Shown: one piece after another, positions 36,101-50,899 of the stretch | Position numbering within the stretch: position 1 is the stretch's first letter | Layout: each line of letters begins with the position of its first letter | Source of the DNA: Ascoidea asiatica JCM 7603 | Lineage: Eukaryota > Fungi > Ascomycota | DNA length: 64,000 nucleotides | Assembly (NCBI GenBank): GCA_001600695.1 | Contig: BCKQ01000007.1 | Span: 767,712 to 831,711, forward strand | Direction of reading: 5' to 3' | Made by a program: the position numbers and the translations under genes | The notes under the pieces: generated by a model | Database searches by the model: none | What the model was told of the DNA's origin: nothing | The model's input: the letters and a program-made list of their open reading frames with translations, nothing else

Positions 36101-38625
36101 TTTTGTACTTTCCTTGAAAAACGATGGGTTATCAGCATTAGTAGGATATCAAACCATTACATTATAAATGAAAAGGGCCGATTAAATAATAGAACCTCTA
36201 TGCTTTGAAAAGTTGCACACTTTAATAAATATTTTTTAACTAACATAAGAACAACTGGAATGAATGATAGAATCCAAAATTATACAGGTTATCTAGCTCA
36301 TTCCGTTTCAATTTGGATATAAAGTTCCTTCAGGATTATTTGAAAACCATATTTCAACATGTAATTAATGATGAATAGAACCAATCAAATAATAATAATA
36401 TTCCATCAAACAATAAAAATATTTGATCAAATAATAATAATAATCAATTAATATTATTCGTTCAAAGGTAATGATGAACTCAAAACTAATAATAGTCAAC
36501 AACTCAATAATAAGAATCACACAACTGAACCTTATAATGGAATAGGTGATGAAGAAGTTGTTCAAATTGAAGGAAACTCGTCACATATAACTTCTTTTGT
36601 TGTATATTATAAATCACTTACTTTCAAAGATTTTCATACCATCGAGCTACCACTTTGTGGGTGGAATGTCAATGTAAAGGGCAGAAGGAAAAAGTGAATC
36701 GCATATCCAGTGTGGCCTTTCAATTCAGTTCCCAATAATATTTGAGGTCATTAAGGCACAAATAATCGAATGAAGACGGCAGGACTGAATTTCGTGAATT
36801 CCTGGGCTAAACAATTTTAAGGCCCAAAATATGAACACGAGGATTAACAATCCACTGAGTGTACATAATGGGTGCTCGGTAGTGAAGGCATTAAAGGAAA
36901 TAGTTATTACATTTTCGCAATTGATATACATTTAGCTCATCTTTTTGAAATAGCATTAGCTTTCAAAGGAAGCTTTCGGAAACTTAGTAATGCCATCAGT
37001 ACAGATGCATTGAAAATGTCTACTTTATATTTTATGAAGTTCCAGCACTTTATCTGCGATGACAACAGTCTGACATTATAAGGTCTGAATTCTTACAGTA
37101 GTGGGTAGCTGAGCGGGTGCATACTATAGAAGGTGCAATTATCAGTTGTTATTGTTGTTTTATTCTACAAAGCCAGCAGTATTTTGTATTCATATAATGA
37201 AATCCATTCTCAAAGTGCGAAATATTTCAGTCCAGGGGACCAATTGGGACTTGCGGCCTTCAAAAGCTGCTTATATAGATATGCTCTGCTCTAAATATTA
37301 ATATTTTGAAAGATGAAAAACTGCATCCCGGGACTTATTGCCAAAATAGATTTGTCGATATTGAGGCACTGGATTTTAATCAAGTATCAATTTTTCAAAT
37401 TTTATAATTAAAGAACCTTCACAGGTGGTCTACCAACTAAGGGAGCAAAAGGGCCCCAATCAAAGGCAATTCAATAATTATGCGCTAGTTTTACTTTACT
37501 TTTCATATTTGTTTTCAAACTACTAAATAGTACAATTAATAAATTTTGCTTATCATTTACTGGAAATATTTTTTCTGATAGTTGGGCGTTTTTGTCAAAC
37601 AGTTGATTTTAACAAGAGTAATAAGTCCATAAATTAGCTATGTAAAATCAATGTATGTATTTTATTTCTACTTTTTTGGTTAGATTTAAGTTTCTTTTAA
37701 ATTTAGTTTTCTAAACTGATTAGGTTGTTCTATTGGATCGCAGTCAAGCAATTGGAAAATCGATTGTTCAATTTAGAAAAAATGGCGTGAGTGAGGTTAG
37801 GGCAAATATTTCCTAGGCTCCAACGCGTTTAATGGCTATTATCAGGGATCTATTAAAACGCCGGTGCCCAAAAGTCTTTCAAACTGCTTGTTGGCAGGCC
37901 ATTTCAAGAGTGCCGTTTTTAAAACTTTTTTTACCTCCGACCCCCATGGAAATGCCTTGCTTTATTGTCTTTATTTTTTTGATTCCGTTTTATACAAGCG
38001 ACATTAAAGTCTGTATACTAATAGTGAGTTCCGTAACTATGAATATTTCATTCTAGAAAATCGCCCGCTCGTTGACTTTTACCATTTATAAAGCTGGTTG
38101 CACGTAGTTTTATTTTAATATTATTACGTTGGAACATGCAACTTTATTTTACTCTTCTTAAATAATACTCTTTTATATAGGTGTAATATTGAATATAAAA
38201 TTATATATTTATTTGGTGATTCAATGTTAATCGTATGCAACTAAATAAAATATATTTATATATTATATTTATATAAACCTGAAATTAATAATAATTTGTT
38301 GAAAATTTGGTAAAAGTCGATGATGGGATCTATAACAGATAATCTGCCAAAGGCAATCAGTACAAACACTATATTTTTTAAAGAGAAGTATGTTCACGAA
38401 TCTACATTAAAAAAAAACATAAAAAATGCTGATAGATTATTGCAAAAATTGCTTATTGTCGTGGACCCATTAAAAGAAAAAAGGCATTCCCGGTAGACGT
38501 TTATCCAGATTGCATAATATTGATACCCAAACTGTTGAATTCACAAAAGATATTTTGTTGGTGATTCAGCGAGCCCAGAACATTTATTTGTTTTAATTTA
38601 TTTAGTAACTGCTCGTCAAGATTTC

Positions 38626-40650
38626 ATGGATTGGAAAATGTCAGGATTTCTAGGTAATACCAAGTGAGGTGTGGTGCTATAGTCTAGCACAGGCGTGCAG
38701 CTATGAATATGGGTGACAGCCTAGTAGTGCAAGCCCTGGTGATAAGCCCTTGTAGGTATCATGACTACAGGACAAGGGAATACCTCTTGGGATACTGTCT
38801 GGGCGATCGTATTCTGTTAGGGCCAAACAAAGGGGCTGAGTAGTCCGGCTGTAGGGGTTTACACGTTCGTTTGTTGATCAAATATTCACAACAGAGGTGT
38901 GAGCCTTAACGTTGAATATGGGCTGCCTACATACATGTGACGAGATGTAACCTGGAGATACTTGAGGTATCATCCTGGTACAATGTGCCATGCCGTTGGT
39001 CAGATCCACTTGCTGGTCCCGATCAGGTAAGTGATTAGGTAATCAGGAAGACCGGAACCTGATTGCGGTATACTCGAGTGATTCTGATATAGGGACAGCC
39101 GAGAGAGCTGGTTTCACGTTCCAATTAGTAATGGTACGAAGCAGTTATTAGTTCATATTTTTATGTGACGGGCTAATATGCCGTTGTAGAACACGTGATG
39201 TCTTGGATTCCATAACTGTTCTTGGTGTTCATGCTGATGTCATGGGGCTTGATGAGGGGTAATGTATTACTGATTAGGTTTCCGACGTTGATTGGCTAGT
39301 CGGACAGCCGAATGTAGAAACTCATCGAAAAAGTCCTTGTAGGTACTGTCAGGCAGCAGTTCTACTTGTACTTTCTATCAAATTGTATGTGGACAATACT
39401 AACTTGGAGTTTGAGATTAGAAGACGTAATTTGAACCGAAAATATTACAGGTAGGAAGTGATATCTTCCTTGATTTCGGGCTCCCAATAGCAATCATTTT
39501 GCTATACGTATACGAAATAGCTATCAAGATTTATAATATATATTTCCTGCAGATCAAGGTCCAAATTAATACAAGTAGACTTTGATTTCTCAATATTTTT
39601 ATATACACTTTTATATAGAGATTGTAGAAATAAATGAAAATCAATACTAATAATAAGAATAATATTCAACAGAAAATTGATCCTCTTCTCAATATATATG
39701 ATAAATTAAATGTTGGAAATACGGCGGATGCACTGTGTTGCGAAACGTATAACTCAATAAGAGGTGCGAATACTGCTAAACTTCGTGGAGTTTTTTCAAA
39801 TAAAAAAAAGGATGAAACACTAACCTGGCTTTAACACAAAATCATCAGAATTTGATCCCTTTGTGGGGATAAAAATACCTAGAACAATATGAGTACTACA
39901 ACTTTGAAATGGAAACCTAATCTGTTAGCTTTCCCAGGTGAATCAATAACCAATTTGAAAGTTCAAGAGAAGTGGATTTTAAAGAGAGATGACAAAGAGG
40001 TTATTCACAAACTTGTAAAAATCCAAAACCAATTTGGTTTACATCAATTTGCTTATTCAAATTGGGGAAATCTTATGAACTCATACTATCTTCACATTAT
40101 TCTGAGCAATTATATTGCTAGAAACATGGCGGAAGCATATTGGCCCAATTTTATTCAGCACATATTAACATATGTTCATATGCTTAAACTAGTGGAAGAC
40201 GAATGTTAAACTATCTATTAGTGTGCTACTCATGTGTCTCTGAAACTATTTTGTCTTAACTTAATTATGGGTATTCAAGGCATTGTCCATTTACAAGTGA
40301 TACAACATTTTAAATCGAAGTGGTACAAATGGCTAAGACTTTTCACCCAAAAATTTTAATTGTCAAAATTAACATGGCTTGGAATTATTATGCTATTATT
40401 AATTTAGTTTCAGATGTTCCATTTGAATTTGAATTTTGAAAAATTCAGCGGATCGATAAAGGAAAATCTAATTTAATTGTAGTTTAAAAGGTATCAGGTG
40501 GCCCTAACAAATCAAATAAAAGTAGTCCTTATTTCGCTTGAACTTGACGCTGTGCTCTATGTAATATTAACAGAAACAAATGCACCTATAATAAGGAAAA
40601 GAGACCCAAATTAAAACTTTTCAAATGTCAAACAATATAAGAGGTTTTTT
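38626..40650 (+). pseudogene. gag: Gypsy gag remnant, split by a solo LTR
   Basis: Removing 38639-39676 restores ATG GAT TGG AAA ATT GAT CCT = MDWKIDPLLNIYDKL. A knuckle-like RCALCN lies at ~40550. Confidence 0.65.
38639..39671 (+). mobile_element. Solo LTR, family B (1033 bp), nested in the Gypsy gag start
   Basis: TGTCAGG...TTCAACA termini with a perfect TSD GAAAA (38634-38638 / 39672-39676). Excision restores the gag frame. GC-richer than its flanks. Confidence 0.85.
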
Positions 40651-40699
40651 TGAATTGATCCCAGAACAAATTCTCATCCCAAGTGGCAGGGATTATTTC

Positions 40700-43600
40700 A
40701 GTCATCAATGGGATGCATTTTTCGCAGAATATACAGTACTGCTGTTCGATAAAGGTCCTCGTCAAATGCCCATGTTTACTGCGAGGTGGTTTACTATATG
40801 AATAATAAGTGTGAAACTTTAGTTTTCTGAGACACCGGAGCTTCCGCCAATTTTTTTTTGTGAAAATGAGGACGTTATTCTCAATGAAAGCATCAAGCTT
40901 GCAGAATGTGCTGCCATTATTATGACAAAATAGCGAGCTAGGAGTACTATTAACGTGAGGGGTGCTTATGTCAAAATAATTGCTGCGGGTATGGAAGTGG
41001 TACAATCAGTAATACTAGCTGTAAATAAATATAAGTGAAACGTATTCTAATTCCATATTGCGGAAAAAATTAAGGATTTGAAAACCGACTTTACTCGAAA
41101 TGAACTATACACTAAAAGACGATAAAGAAAACATTAAAATGAATCCCCAAGAACGCGAGGTCAAGCTTATTGAAGAGGCTAATGATGAGCAATCATTATT
41201 TTTCGAATTCCACCCAAAATTTCAGCAATTTTTACTGGACTTTCAAAAGGTAGGAAAACTGATTATAAATATAATATTACCTTTGTTGTGTATGTTTATA
41301 CCTATGTCAAACCCTTTCTAGCCAATGAAAGTCAAAGAGTTATAATTAAAAAATATTTATAAGATGCTGAGAAAAAGGGAATTATTGAAAGGGTTTGCTA
41401 TATTAATAATCAGGTGTCAGTGGCTCCAAGTTACCAATATTGTCCGGGTCTAAACCCACCAGAGGGCTAGTAGATGTCAGGCAAATCAGTGAAAACCTAA
41501 AATAGATGAACGTACCAATTCAACTAATTAATTTGATGTTACAAAATTTTGCTGATTATAAAGTCTATTACTTAAGTGATTTAGAATCAGCATTCAATCT
41601 AATTGACTTAGGTCACAATGCTGATGGTATTGGTCTTACGACTCTTTCCAATTATTTCAATTTCTGAAGATTATCTTTTAAAAATCAGGCTTAACCATCA
41701 GGGTGTTGTGATTTCATAGAAAAGAAAATAAAAGCCAAATTTAAAGCAAGAACTGCTATATCGAGAATTAAATTCATGATATGGTTTCAGCTGTTCATAA
41801 TGAATCTTAAATGATGAGATGAGTTTTGAACTATTAACTCAATTAGATACAATTGGAGTTTCAGTTTTTCTCAAAAAGCTAAAGATCATGAAGTCTACTA
41901 TTAATAATTTAGGATATGAAGTTTCAAATGTGAAATTGTTTCTCCCCAGGCTTCACGAACCTGAAATTGAGAAATCCAGATTACCTCCAAATTCAAACCA
42001 AACTAAAAATGTTTTAGGTTTTTGCAATTTTCTTTCGAAATTTGTTCCGCATTATTACGCTTTAATGGGGCTAATGAATCACCATGCTATAATGTTAGGA
42101 AGGGAGAAAGGCAATAGGCTCTTCAAACCTGTGGCAGACTATAATAAAAATTACGAGGAATAAAATATGTCCATTACAAACACTGGGGGTCTATATTTGT
42201 TTGATCCTTTACATCCTACTGTACTTATCCTGAATGCTTTGTAATTAGGTGTTGGTGGCATTATTGTACAGAAAAAATCAGAGGGGTTGGTTCCGATTAA
42301 TTTCTACAGTAAAAGTTTTAGAAAATGACAACAGCGGTACTCCAGACTAGAGTGTGAGCATTTGGAAATTTTAATGCGTAAGAAGGAACTCTATATAACA
42401 GTTAGTGATGCTTTGATAGTATATACTGATAATCAAGATTTTCTTTCTACTATGAATAACTTAAATTTTTTGAATACAAAGATTTTTAAGTATTTTGAAA
42501 TAGTTTCAACCGTTACATTCAAACTCATGCATATGGAAGGAGTGAATACCCATGATGCTTTAATTAGCAGTGGAGGTATTAGTTATCAAATGTTGATGGA
42601 AATTGGTAACCAGGAACTTATTGCTGGCACGGAAAATGAGTCTCGAATTTTTGAAATAACGCTTCCTGACGGTTCAACTGAAAGTCAATCAGTTGAAACG
42701 AAGAGCTACTTAAGACAAAATGAAACACTGAATTGTAGTTTTTCTTTAAAAATTAAACATTTTGTATACTTTAAGGATACGAGTGAACTACGTTTTATAC
42801 TTCCAAAATCACATTTGGCGGGGATAGTGTGAACTGAAGACGAAATTAAAAAAGAGATTGCTAAAGCGTACCACGTTAAACAACATTATGGCTCTCCTAG
42901 CACTCTCATTAAACTAATTAAAAAAGCACGGTAACTTTAATCCCCAGATACAAAGGTGATTTGTAAAAATGTGGTTCCTACATGTTTGCTTTGTGATATT
43001 CATCGGCGGTGGTTAGTTTTGGTTGTTCCTGTTCGAAAAGTGAAAATCGTGAAACCATTTGGTACTTGGCAGCCGGATCATATTCGACCACGACCAGAAC
43101 CAGATGACAAATTAATTCAAAAGAATCAAGATTCTCGTTACCTTGCACACTGTGTGAAAAATTCAAGGGGATTTTTTAGGAGCATCGCTTACACGTCGTA
43201 GAAGTATCTTATCAGTAGTTCAAGTATTTTGGTTATTGAAAATGATGTCTCCCCTCGTTCTAATAATTAGTTCAGTTACTGGATCATTATTATTATTATA
43301 TCGTATCAACACGGGTGCTCAACATTTTGGGTATCAGAAGAATTATAGCTCAAATTAATATGCAAAATCAAACTCCAGATCGAAAAAACTAAATTATTAT
43401 ATCCAGGATAATTTGAAAAAACTACCTAACGGAGGCATAAAATTTTGGCTAGATCATATATGTCAAGTATTTGCAATTTTCAATAATCGAACAGCTCTAT
43501 CAGGGTTTAGGCAATATGAACTTGCTTATGGTGTCAAAAATGGTTCATATGTTGGTTGAGATACTTCAAAGCCCATTCACAATACTTTGACCCATTTTAG

Positions 43601-43930
43601 TCGAGGTGCTTCGTTATTAAAACAAGCATCTACTGGATGCAAGATACAAATAAATCACAGTTCACGCAAAAATAGATCGGATAATAAGGACGTATAACAG
43701 GAATTAGAAACATGGACAAGTTATTAAATGATACAAAGCTGAGGAACAATGGCTTTCAAGTGGGTGAATTGGTTTTGTTAACAAAAAGGATAAATAAGCA
43801 TCGGACAGCTCCTTCACTGGAAGGTCCTTTTTCTTATAACTCAAACGTTCAGTAATATTGGCTATAAATTAACAAATATCAATGCCATTAAATTGGAAGG
43901 AAAGTTTTATTAAATATTTCAGACGATGCT
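40700..43930 (+). pseudogene. pol: Gypsy pol remnant (PR-RT-RH-IN)
   Basis: PR-like LFDKG. RT: SDLESAFNLI, LGYEVS, LGFCNFLSKFVPHY. RH: LNAL*LGVGGIIVQ, FYSKSF, QRYSRLECEHL, VYTDNQ. IN: YHVKQHYG..CLLC, KPFGTWQPDH, EGPF. Confidence 0.88.
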
Positions 43931-45755
43931 ATCAATACTACGGGTATCCTGTTCGATGAATTCCAGATCACTGTGCCGTTCAACGACATAAGGAAACAAA
44001 TGTTTATCACAAATTTTGGTCTAACCAATCAAAGTACCAGTGTAAATCAGTACGAAAGGCGGAAGTATTAGTGGTGTTTCATTGAACCACACCGATGAAA
44101 CTGATAACTGTAGTTCAGGTTGAAACAATCTAAGACTTTCAGCTACATTCAACTAAAATATTTTCTGCTTCCTAGTATGTTTTGTGTCTTTGTGTTTTAA
44201 TTTTTACGATTTATAAAGCCCCCTATTTGTAATTTTATATTAATTGTATTAGGTTAGAAAAGACAGCTTTATTTTACTTTGATTACTTATTATTATTATT
44301 TGGAAATTTAATTTTGATTATAAAACTATAAATCTAATTATAAATTCAATATGAGTCGTATATAAATGAATAAAATATATTTATATATTAGATTCAGATA
44401 AAACTCAAAATGATAATAATTATTTGACAATATAGTAAGATTAGCTACTTGGATCTATAACATATAATCTGAGAAGACCTACCCCTACATAGAATGGTCT
44501 CGTGCAAGAAAATAAAACAACTGAGAAATGCAGTATTGTAACAAACTAGGAAATATCAGACACTCTGACATGAACCTGACTATAAATAACTGTCTCAACA
44601 GTTAATAATAGTGAATAGTCGTAAAAATGATTGTGGGTAAATATACTTGTTTATATATGTCAGATCGTAACATCTGAATAATCTTACTATATATATAATC
44701 ATACTATATGTATAATACTAATAATTAATTTGTAAAAAGTAAGATATATATATATATTTAAGAAACTGAGAGTACAACTGTTAAGCGCTACACAGATTTA
44801 TCAAAATATACCATGACTGCACAATATTAAACATTAATATACTGCTGTGCTACCTAAGTATTGTTGTAAATAAGCAAAAACCATTTATTGAAAAAGAAAA
44901 GCAAAATAAAAGATAGCCAAAACTGGGCCGTAAACATTATTAGGACAAAGGTGGAAAGGAAATAAACAGACAAATAAACAGTATTAAAAAAGATTATTCG
45001 TGATGAAAGAAATAATTTTTTGTGAACACAATTAGTGAGCAGTATTGTTTGTTTTAAATGGGGTTTATAGTAACATTAACAAATTAGCCTGCATCAGAAT
45101 TAGGTTTAACCGGGTTACAAGAACACATAAGTCCATGAAAGATTGAACACTGTTACCGGAATTCACAAACGTTTTTTCCGTTCCACCTGGGTCTGATAAC
45201 ACTGGAGTCTTCTCACTTTACCTAACGATGGAGAAGTCATAATCAGTGAACGACCATCTGCAATTAGATGTTGGTTTGCATTTCATTTGGCAACATAATG
45301 TGGTTCCCTTAACTGGTATGTCCATTATTCAGAACTATTCAGCTAACCACTTAATATTTTATATGCTTACCAGATAACGGCATTTACTACGGAGGTTTGG
45401 ATCTAGTTTATAGTGGAGCCTGCTATAAATGAGACATTTCGATATCACGCAACTAAATGCTTACTGTAGATTAATGGGCCAAAATCAGATTTTTGTATAA
45501 TCTCTGTTGAAACAAGATGAATAAGGAATTGAGTGACTCCGTTGAGATTATCGGAAGCTAATCGAATTAAACCTGTTGCTCGCATATGCAATGATGATCA
45601 TTGTTATAGCAATGTAAACCATATCGGACATTGAAAAGCAGCAATTGACAAAGAAACAAGAAGCGGATCTGTTTCACTGTAGTTTAAGTTCACTATTTGG
45701 CACTTAAAATAACTGAAACGTCGTTTTGAGGCAGCGGAGGCGTAAATAACATTTG

Positions 45756-46547
45756 TGTAACATCCAGTATCCATGACATGCTTAATATATGCACCAAATG
45801 TATCCGTGCAAATAGTAGAGTGGCTGATACTAATAAGGATTTACCTTGTAAGGAGGTAGACTCCTGTCAGAAGAAACCAGGATATTTGCGCATCGTAATT
45901 GATTACCATCATCCAGGTTTTGTTTTCAGCCCCACATATTTTGGTTAACGCTTATTTTCATGCTTACAATTATCCTATTTAAGCTCTTATTTACACTTTT
46001 CATTTATCCGTCCTCGCACCGCGGCTCATTCCCTGTGTTAGGTCACCACATCCTCTATGAAGGCCCCATATCGTCAAGAGAGGCCATACTATGTTACTAT
46101 TAGGACCCATTATGGTTAAGAGAGGACATACTAATTTACTATGACAGTGCATTGTGGTGCAGGCAGGTGTGGCCTTATCATTATCGATTTCAAATATTTC
46201 TACATTAGTTCGTCAATATCAACTTTTAATCTTTCAATATGAATTTATCATTATCAATTCCAATTATTTCTACATTGCGTCGTCATTATCAACTTATAAT
46301 CTTTTGGTATTTCCTTATTCATATAAGTCATTATTATATGTTCATTTGTGTTGGTTGTCCTTTTGTTCTATGTTTGGGTATTGTACCCGACTAACTATGT
46401 TCACTTTACAGTTCTGAAATACTATAAATACTATTCAGTACCACTCTTTTTTATATATATATTTTTGTGTGTTTCTATTTTAAACAACCCAATTTTGACG
46501 CGAGAACCAGAAACATCTTGGTTTAAATAAGTCGCTCATACTATACA
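45756..46547 (+). mobile_element. Candidate solo LTR (~790 bp)
   Basis: TGTAACATCC start and TATACA end with a GC-richer interior. There is no clean TSD and no second copy in the window. Confidence 0.3.
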
Positions 46548-49500
46548 GATTTTAGTACAGAATATTCTACTATTATTGCCTACTGTTATTTTTTTATATT
46601 TTACTTTTTTTTTCTATCTACCTATCACTAACCTCAGTCTTAGAGTTTTTAGTTATTATTTGTCTACAAATCTTAACTCTTTTTATATACTACTATCTTC
46701 TTTTTCATTACTCCAATCTTCTAATTAATTTGTTCCTTTATTCAAAGCCTCGTTCTAGCTAGAAAATTTGGAATCCTCCTGTTTCCTTAGTGTTGTCTAC
46801 CCAGGCTCACCAAGTTCTTGTTAATATTCGAAAATAGACTCAGAATCCTGAGAATTATTTGCTTGTCTTAAGGTAATAAAATTAATTCTTTTTGCGGTTA
46901 AATTAGAGTCATAAGTAGAATTGTCTTCCAAAAAAATAGTTATAGCACAATTGTGCCCAACCTATTAAGTATCGGAGAGTTTAATAATCTGCGTGATTTT
47001 GCGAAGAACTAATGAATCACGTAATATGTGAAGTACTGTTAACAGTAATGTATGAATAATTACAATAGATAAAAAGTTAATCATGGAATTTTATAAGAAA
47101 TAGTGAATAAAAGCATCAGATTTTTACACTGGAACTTTTGCGAAAATAAAATGCGAATTTGGATAAATCATGGGGAACTGGACAACGGTATTCCATTCAC
47201 TTTTAACGCGGTGTTTTGAGGGACTTGGGATTACACTATGTGTGGTATATTCGTCTACAAATAATATTCCTATTTCGGAATAGTACGACGACTGACCATA
47301 TTGGTATGGAGCAATTCTTGCTTCTAGATCGATTCTGAACTTGCGTTGGCTGTCAACCCAGATACATTATTTGCGAGAAGTCCCATGAGATCCACTAACA
47401 TAGTTTACTTACGGTTTAGGCAACCCTTTAAATTTATGCACTACAAAAAACAAACATACTTATTGATTTACGAATATTAGGCTTAGTACTAAAACCTGTA
47501 TATATAGTGATCTTTGAATATTAGGCCTCTTCAACTACATGGACGCATATATTATTGTTGTTTTTTTATTCTGTTTCTATCTTTTCAATTTCACTCCCAA
47601 AATTTCTTTAAAGCGAACACGGATGATTGGTGGCTACCTAGTTTGTCAAATCCTAATTAATATTCTTAGTAGTAACACTGTTCTGATTATTGTCAGTTTT
47701 CCAGGCAATACGAAAACATTAACTTATTCAATTAAAAGCTTGTAATTCCAGAGGATTCATTTCATTTTTAATTCAATTTGGTTGACAAATCTTATAGCAA
47801 AATGGCTAAAAAGTATCACGATTGTTGTTGCGCAGTAGATCTGGACGGTCACTCGTAAGTTCATCAAACTAATTAAACTATATCAACACGTAACTTTCAT
47901 ATTTAGTCTCATAAAATGTTAGGTTTGATTGTTTTGTAGTTTACTTCATTGTAAAGGGACTACAACATTATAATTGCCTTTGAACAAATCTGTTTAAATA
48001 GATTTTTGTGTATGGCCTGCTTGTACTCAATGGCAAAATATAGTTTGAAAAAGAGAGTCGATCAAGGGTTTTCCATAGTACCTGAATAGTATATTGATGA
48101 GTTTGGAGTATTACCAATATGTTTGCTATCATTAAAATCAAAGTGGGGACGGCGGGGTAAGGACCTGCACCTAACCAGATATATACTGCTAAACCAACTT
48201 AGAATACCTTTCAATCAGCACTTTGATGGATAAACAAAAAGTTTGAAATCAAAAAATGCAGGCACCACCTTAAAACTGGTTTCTAAACATTAATTGGGAA
48301 CACAGTTCAGGGTTCAGCTGGTATTATTTAAATATCCTCGTAGCCGTGACCATCGATATTGTATCCCTATGATATCTGCTTGAACAATTCGCTGTCATTG
48401 GCTTGCCACCAATAAATTTTAATCCGATCACGGTATGCGCAAAATTGGTCAACATTAGGCAGCACCAAAATTCATTAGACTTCAAAATTGATGTGAATAA
48501 CTTATATTCGGAAGTTTGTGATTATTTTTCGCTTCGGTGAAATATACCCATTGAAATAATTGTTTAGTTTAAAGAAATTTATGTGTTCTCCAATTTGAGG
48601 ATTCTACCGAAATTAATTTGGAAATTTTTTAAAATAAAAAAGTGAAAATTTGTACATGTATTGGTTAAAGAGATAAGTAATAGTATTAAACAGCTATAAC
48701 AAAAACAAATACTGAAAAAAAATAAGGTCAAAAATAATATCACATATATTGAGCAAAATAGTTGCTCATAAACAAAAGTTTACTTGCGATTTGCATTAAT
48801 CTTGCTAATTGCCTCTAGACATTATTCTTTTTTTTTTTTTTGGTGTCACGGCTTTAGCTTCTCAAGTTTGCAATTGCTGCCATCTAGCAGAAACATTTTT
48901 TTTCGGGGTTGGTGGGAGGGGGGGGGATATTTTCAGAGCTAGTGTTTTCATGAGCTTTTTAGCTACTATTCGAGAAGCCTTTTTTAGTTTTCGGTTTGGC
49001 AAACAAATTCGATTATTGCCGGATTTGCAGGATTTTAATTTAATTTAATTCACGGATAGCCGAGGTTTTTGGCTACTAAAAGAATTCGTTTGTGTTTTTC
49101 CAAATTCGTTTATCAGTACGTGTATCATCACTAACAAACAACTCATCATTGGAATTTAATCGTGTTTCTACTTGCTGCTTTTTTTCATCAACATCACCAT
49201 CTTCTTGCTCAGTTAGATAACAATCTTCATCATCTTCTGTGTAAAACCATGCCGCTGATCTTTTAATTTGTAAAAGTATATTCAATATTATCACTATCAG
49301 AAATATCAGTTAGCGAACCACCTTCACCACTTTTAGTGACGATTATTTTATCTGCACCATAAATAAAATGAAATGCAATAAAAACCGTGGATATTGTTAT
49401 AATAGGCCTAGATTATCAATTTTTTTCTTTCCAATTATTAATTATTTTTGAATCCAATTTTTTGATCTCACAGTCGATATAAAATTTGGAGCTGGTTAAT

Positions 49501-50899
49501 GTATTGTTCAAATTCATGAAATAATCTTGTTGGATTGCTTCTTTAGATTTTTTTTTTCAAACAAATTTTTATTAATTTGCGATTTATACCATGTAAAATA
49601 TTTGATATTATTCTCCATGTATTCTAACATATTGTAGTGATGATATTCCTCTAATCTTATGCGACTTGATATCAGGCTAATTTGCTTCAGGTCTTTTAGC
49701 ATTTTGAGGTTAATATTGTAATATTTGTCATTTAACAGTTTCGTAGGTTGAGCAATTGATTGTTTTTTATTATCTTGCAGATACTCAAGAATCTCTGATA
49801 GAAAGAATTTACGATTGAAAAGTTCTTTAGGAATGTGCTGTGAAGTTTAAGTAATGATATTGTCCAGTAGTTGTAATGACCCTTTTTTTTTTTTGAAATA
49901 TTTTCAGAGATTTTGGTTTTGGTATAATCATCAGCTTCAATAGAGCTTTGTTCATTTTCCTGTAAACGTTGTTGATCTTATAATATTTTGATGTTGAATA
50001 ATGTTTTACTAAAAGTTGAGATATTTTTATTAGCTACAGGCTTTTAGCTGATGCTGAATCAAAGCTCAATGAGAATACTCCATTATACCAAGTTTAGCAT
50101 TTGTTTCTTTACAATGGGTGTATAATAATAATACTAGGATAAACTCAATTTGAAAGGAAACGTTATTAATTTTAAATTTATTCTTCCTTTAATTATATAT
50201 CCAATTGGCATCCTAGGCTTAACATCAGTCTTATTGAATTTGTATGTAGGAAGGTCAAGGAACAGAAACAGCAAAAATAATAGTAACGCCCCCTCTGTAG
50301 GTACGAGAAACGCCATCATGAACCCATCATCAACAATACATAAATCCACCCATTTGCATGAACCCATATAATAACAATTGGGTGACCATCTGTCAACAAA
50401 ACCTTGATACGTAAGACCACCAAAGTCAGGATCAGTTATGATAGATTCTCTATGACTCACACAAACAGTCCTAATTTTGGTTTTTAGAAAGATTTTTAAG
50501 CTTTGTTTGAAATAGCTCAATGGAATCTTAATTTACCAATTTCTGGTGCTGTTCGTTGTCAAGGTTAATAACTTCTCTATTTGAGACCCATTTAGTACTT
50601 TGGTCGTTTATCAGCTGTAACAGTTTATCTTGACTATCGATGTTCAGAAACTTGCAGAATTATTCTTAATTTAATTTTAATTGTGGAAATATAATTCGAA
50701 TTTAGTTAAACCTAGCAGACATATAGTGTCAAAAAAAAAGGTGAAATTTGATGTTTACAGATCTAAAATTGAAATAGTAAATTACAAGTCTTCGAAAGAC
50801 TTTAAGATTGAATGTGGTGGTTTGGAACAAAATGAAACTGAAGTACATTTTCGGAATCTAATTAATGTTGTAACAGCTCACTGCTTATTTTTAATAACA

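Larger units (their letters stand above)
38077..44471 (+). mobile_element. Old, heavily decayed Ty3/Gypsy LTR retrotransposon
   Basis: Diverged 270-bp direct repeats at 38077-38346 and 44202-44471 (both TTTTAC.ATTTATAAAGC ... GGATCTATAACA.ATAATCTG) flank gag and PR-RT-RH-IN remnants. The true LTR ends are not resolved. Confidence 0.8.

Noticed and set aside
44900-45750. Second hAT fragment (TCCSH, YSANHLI)
   Set aside because: Only two weak motifs, too degenerate to support a call.
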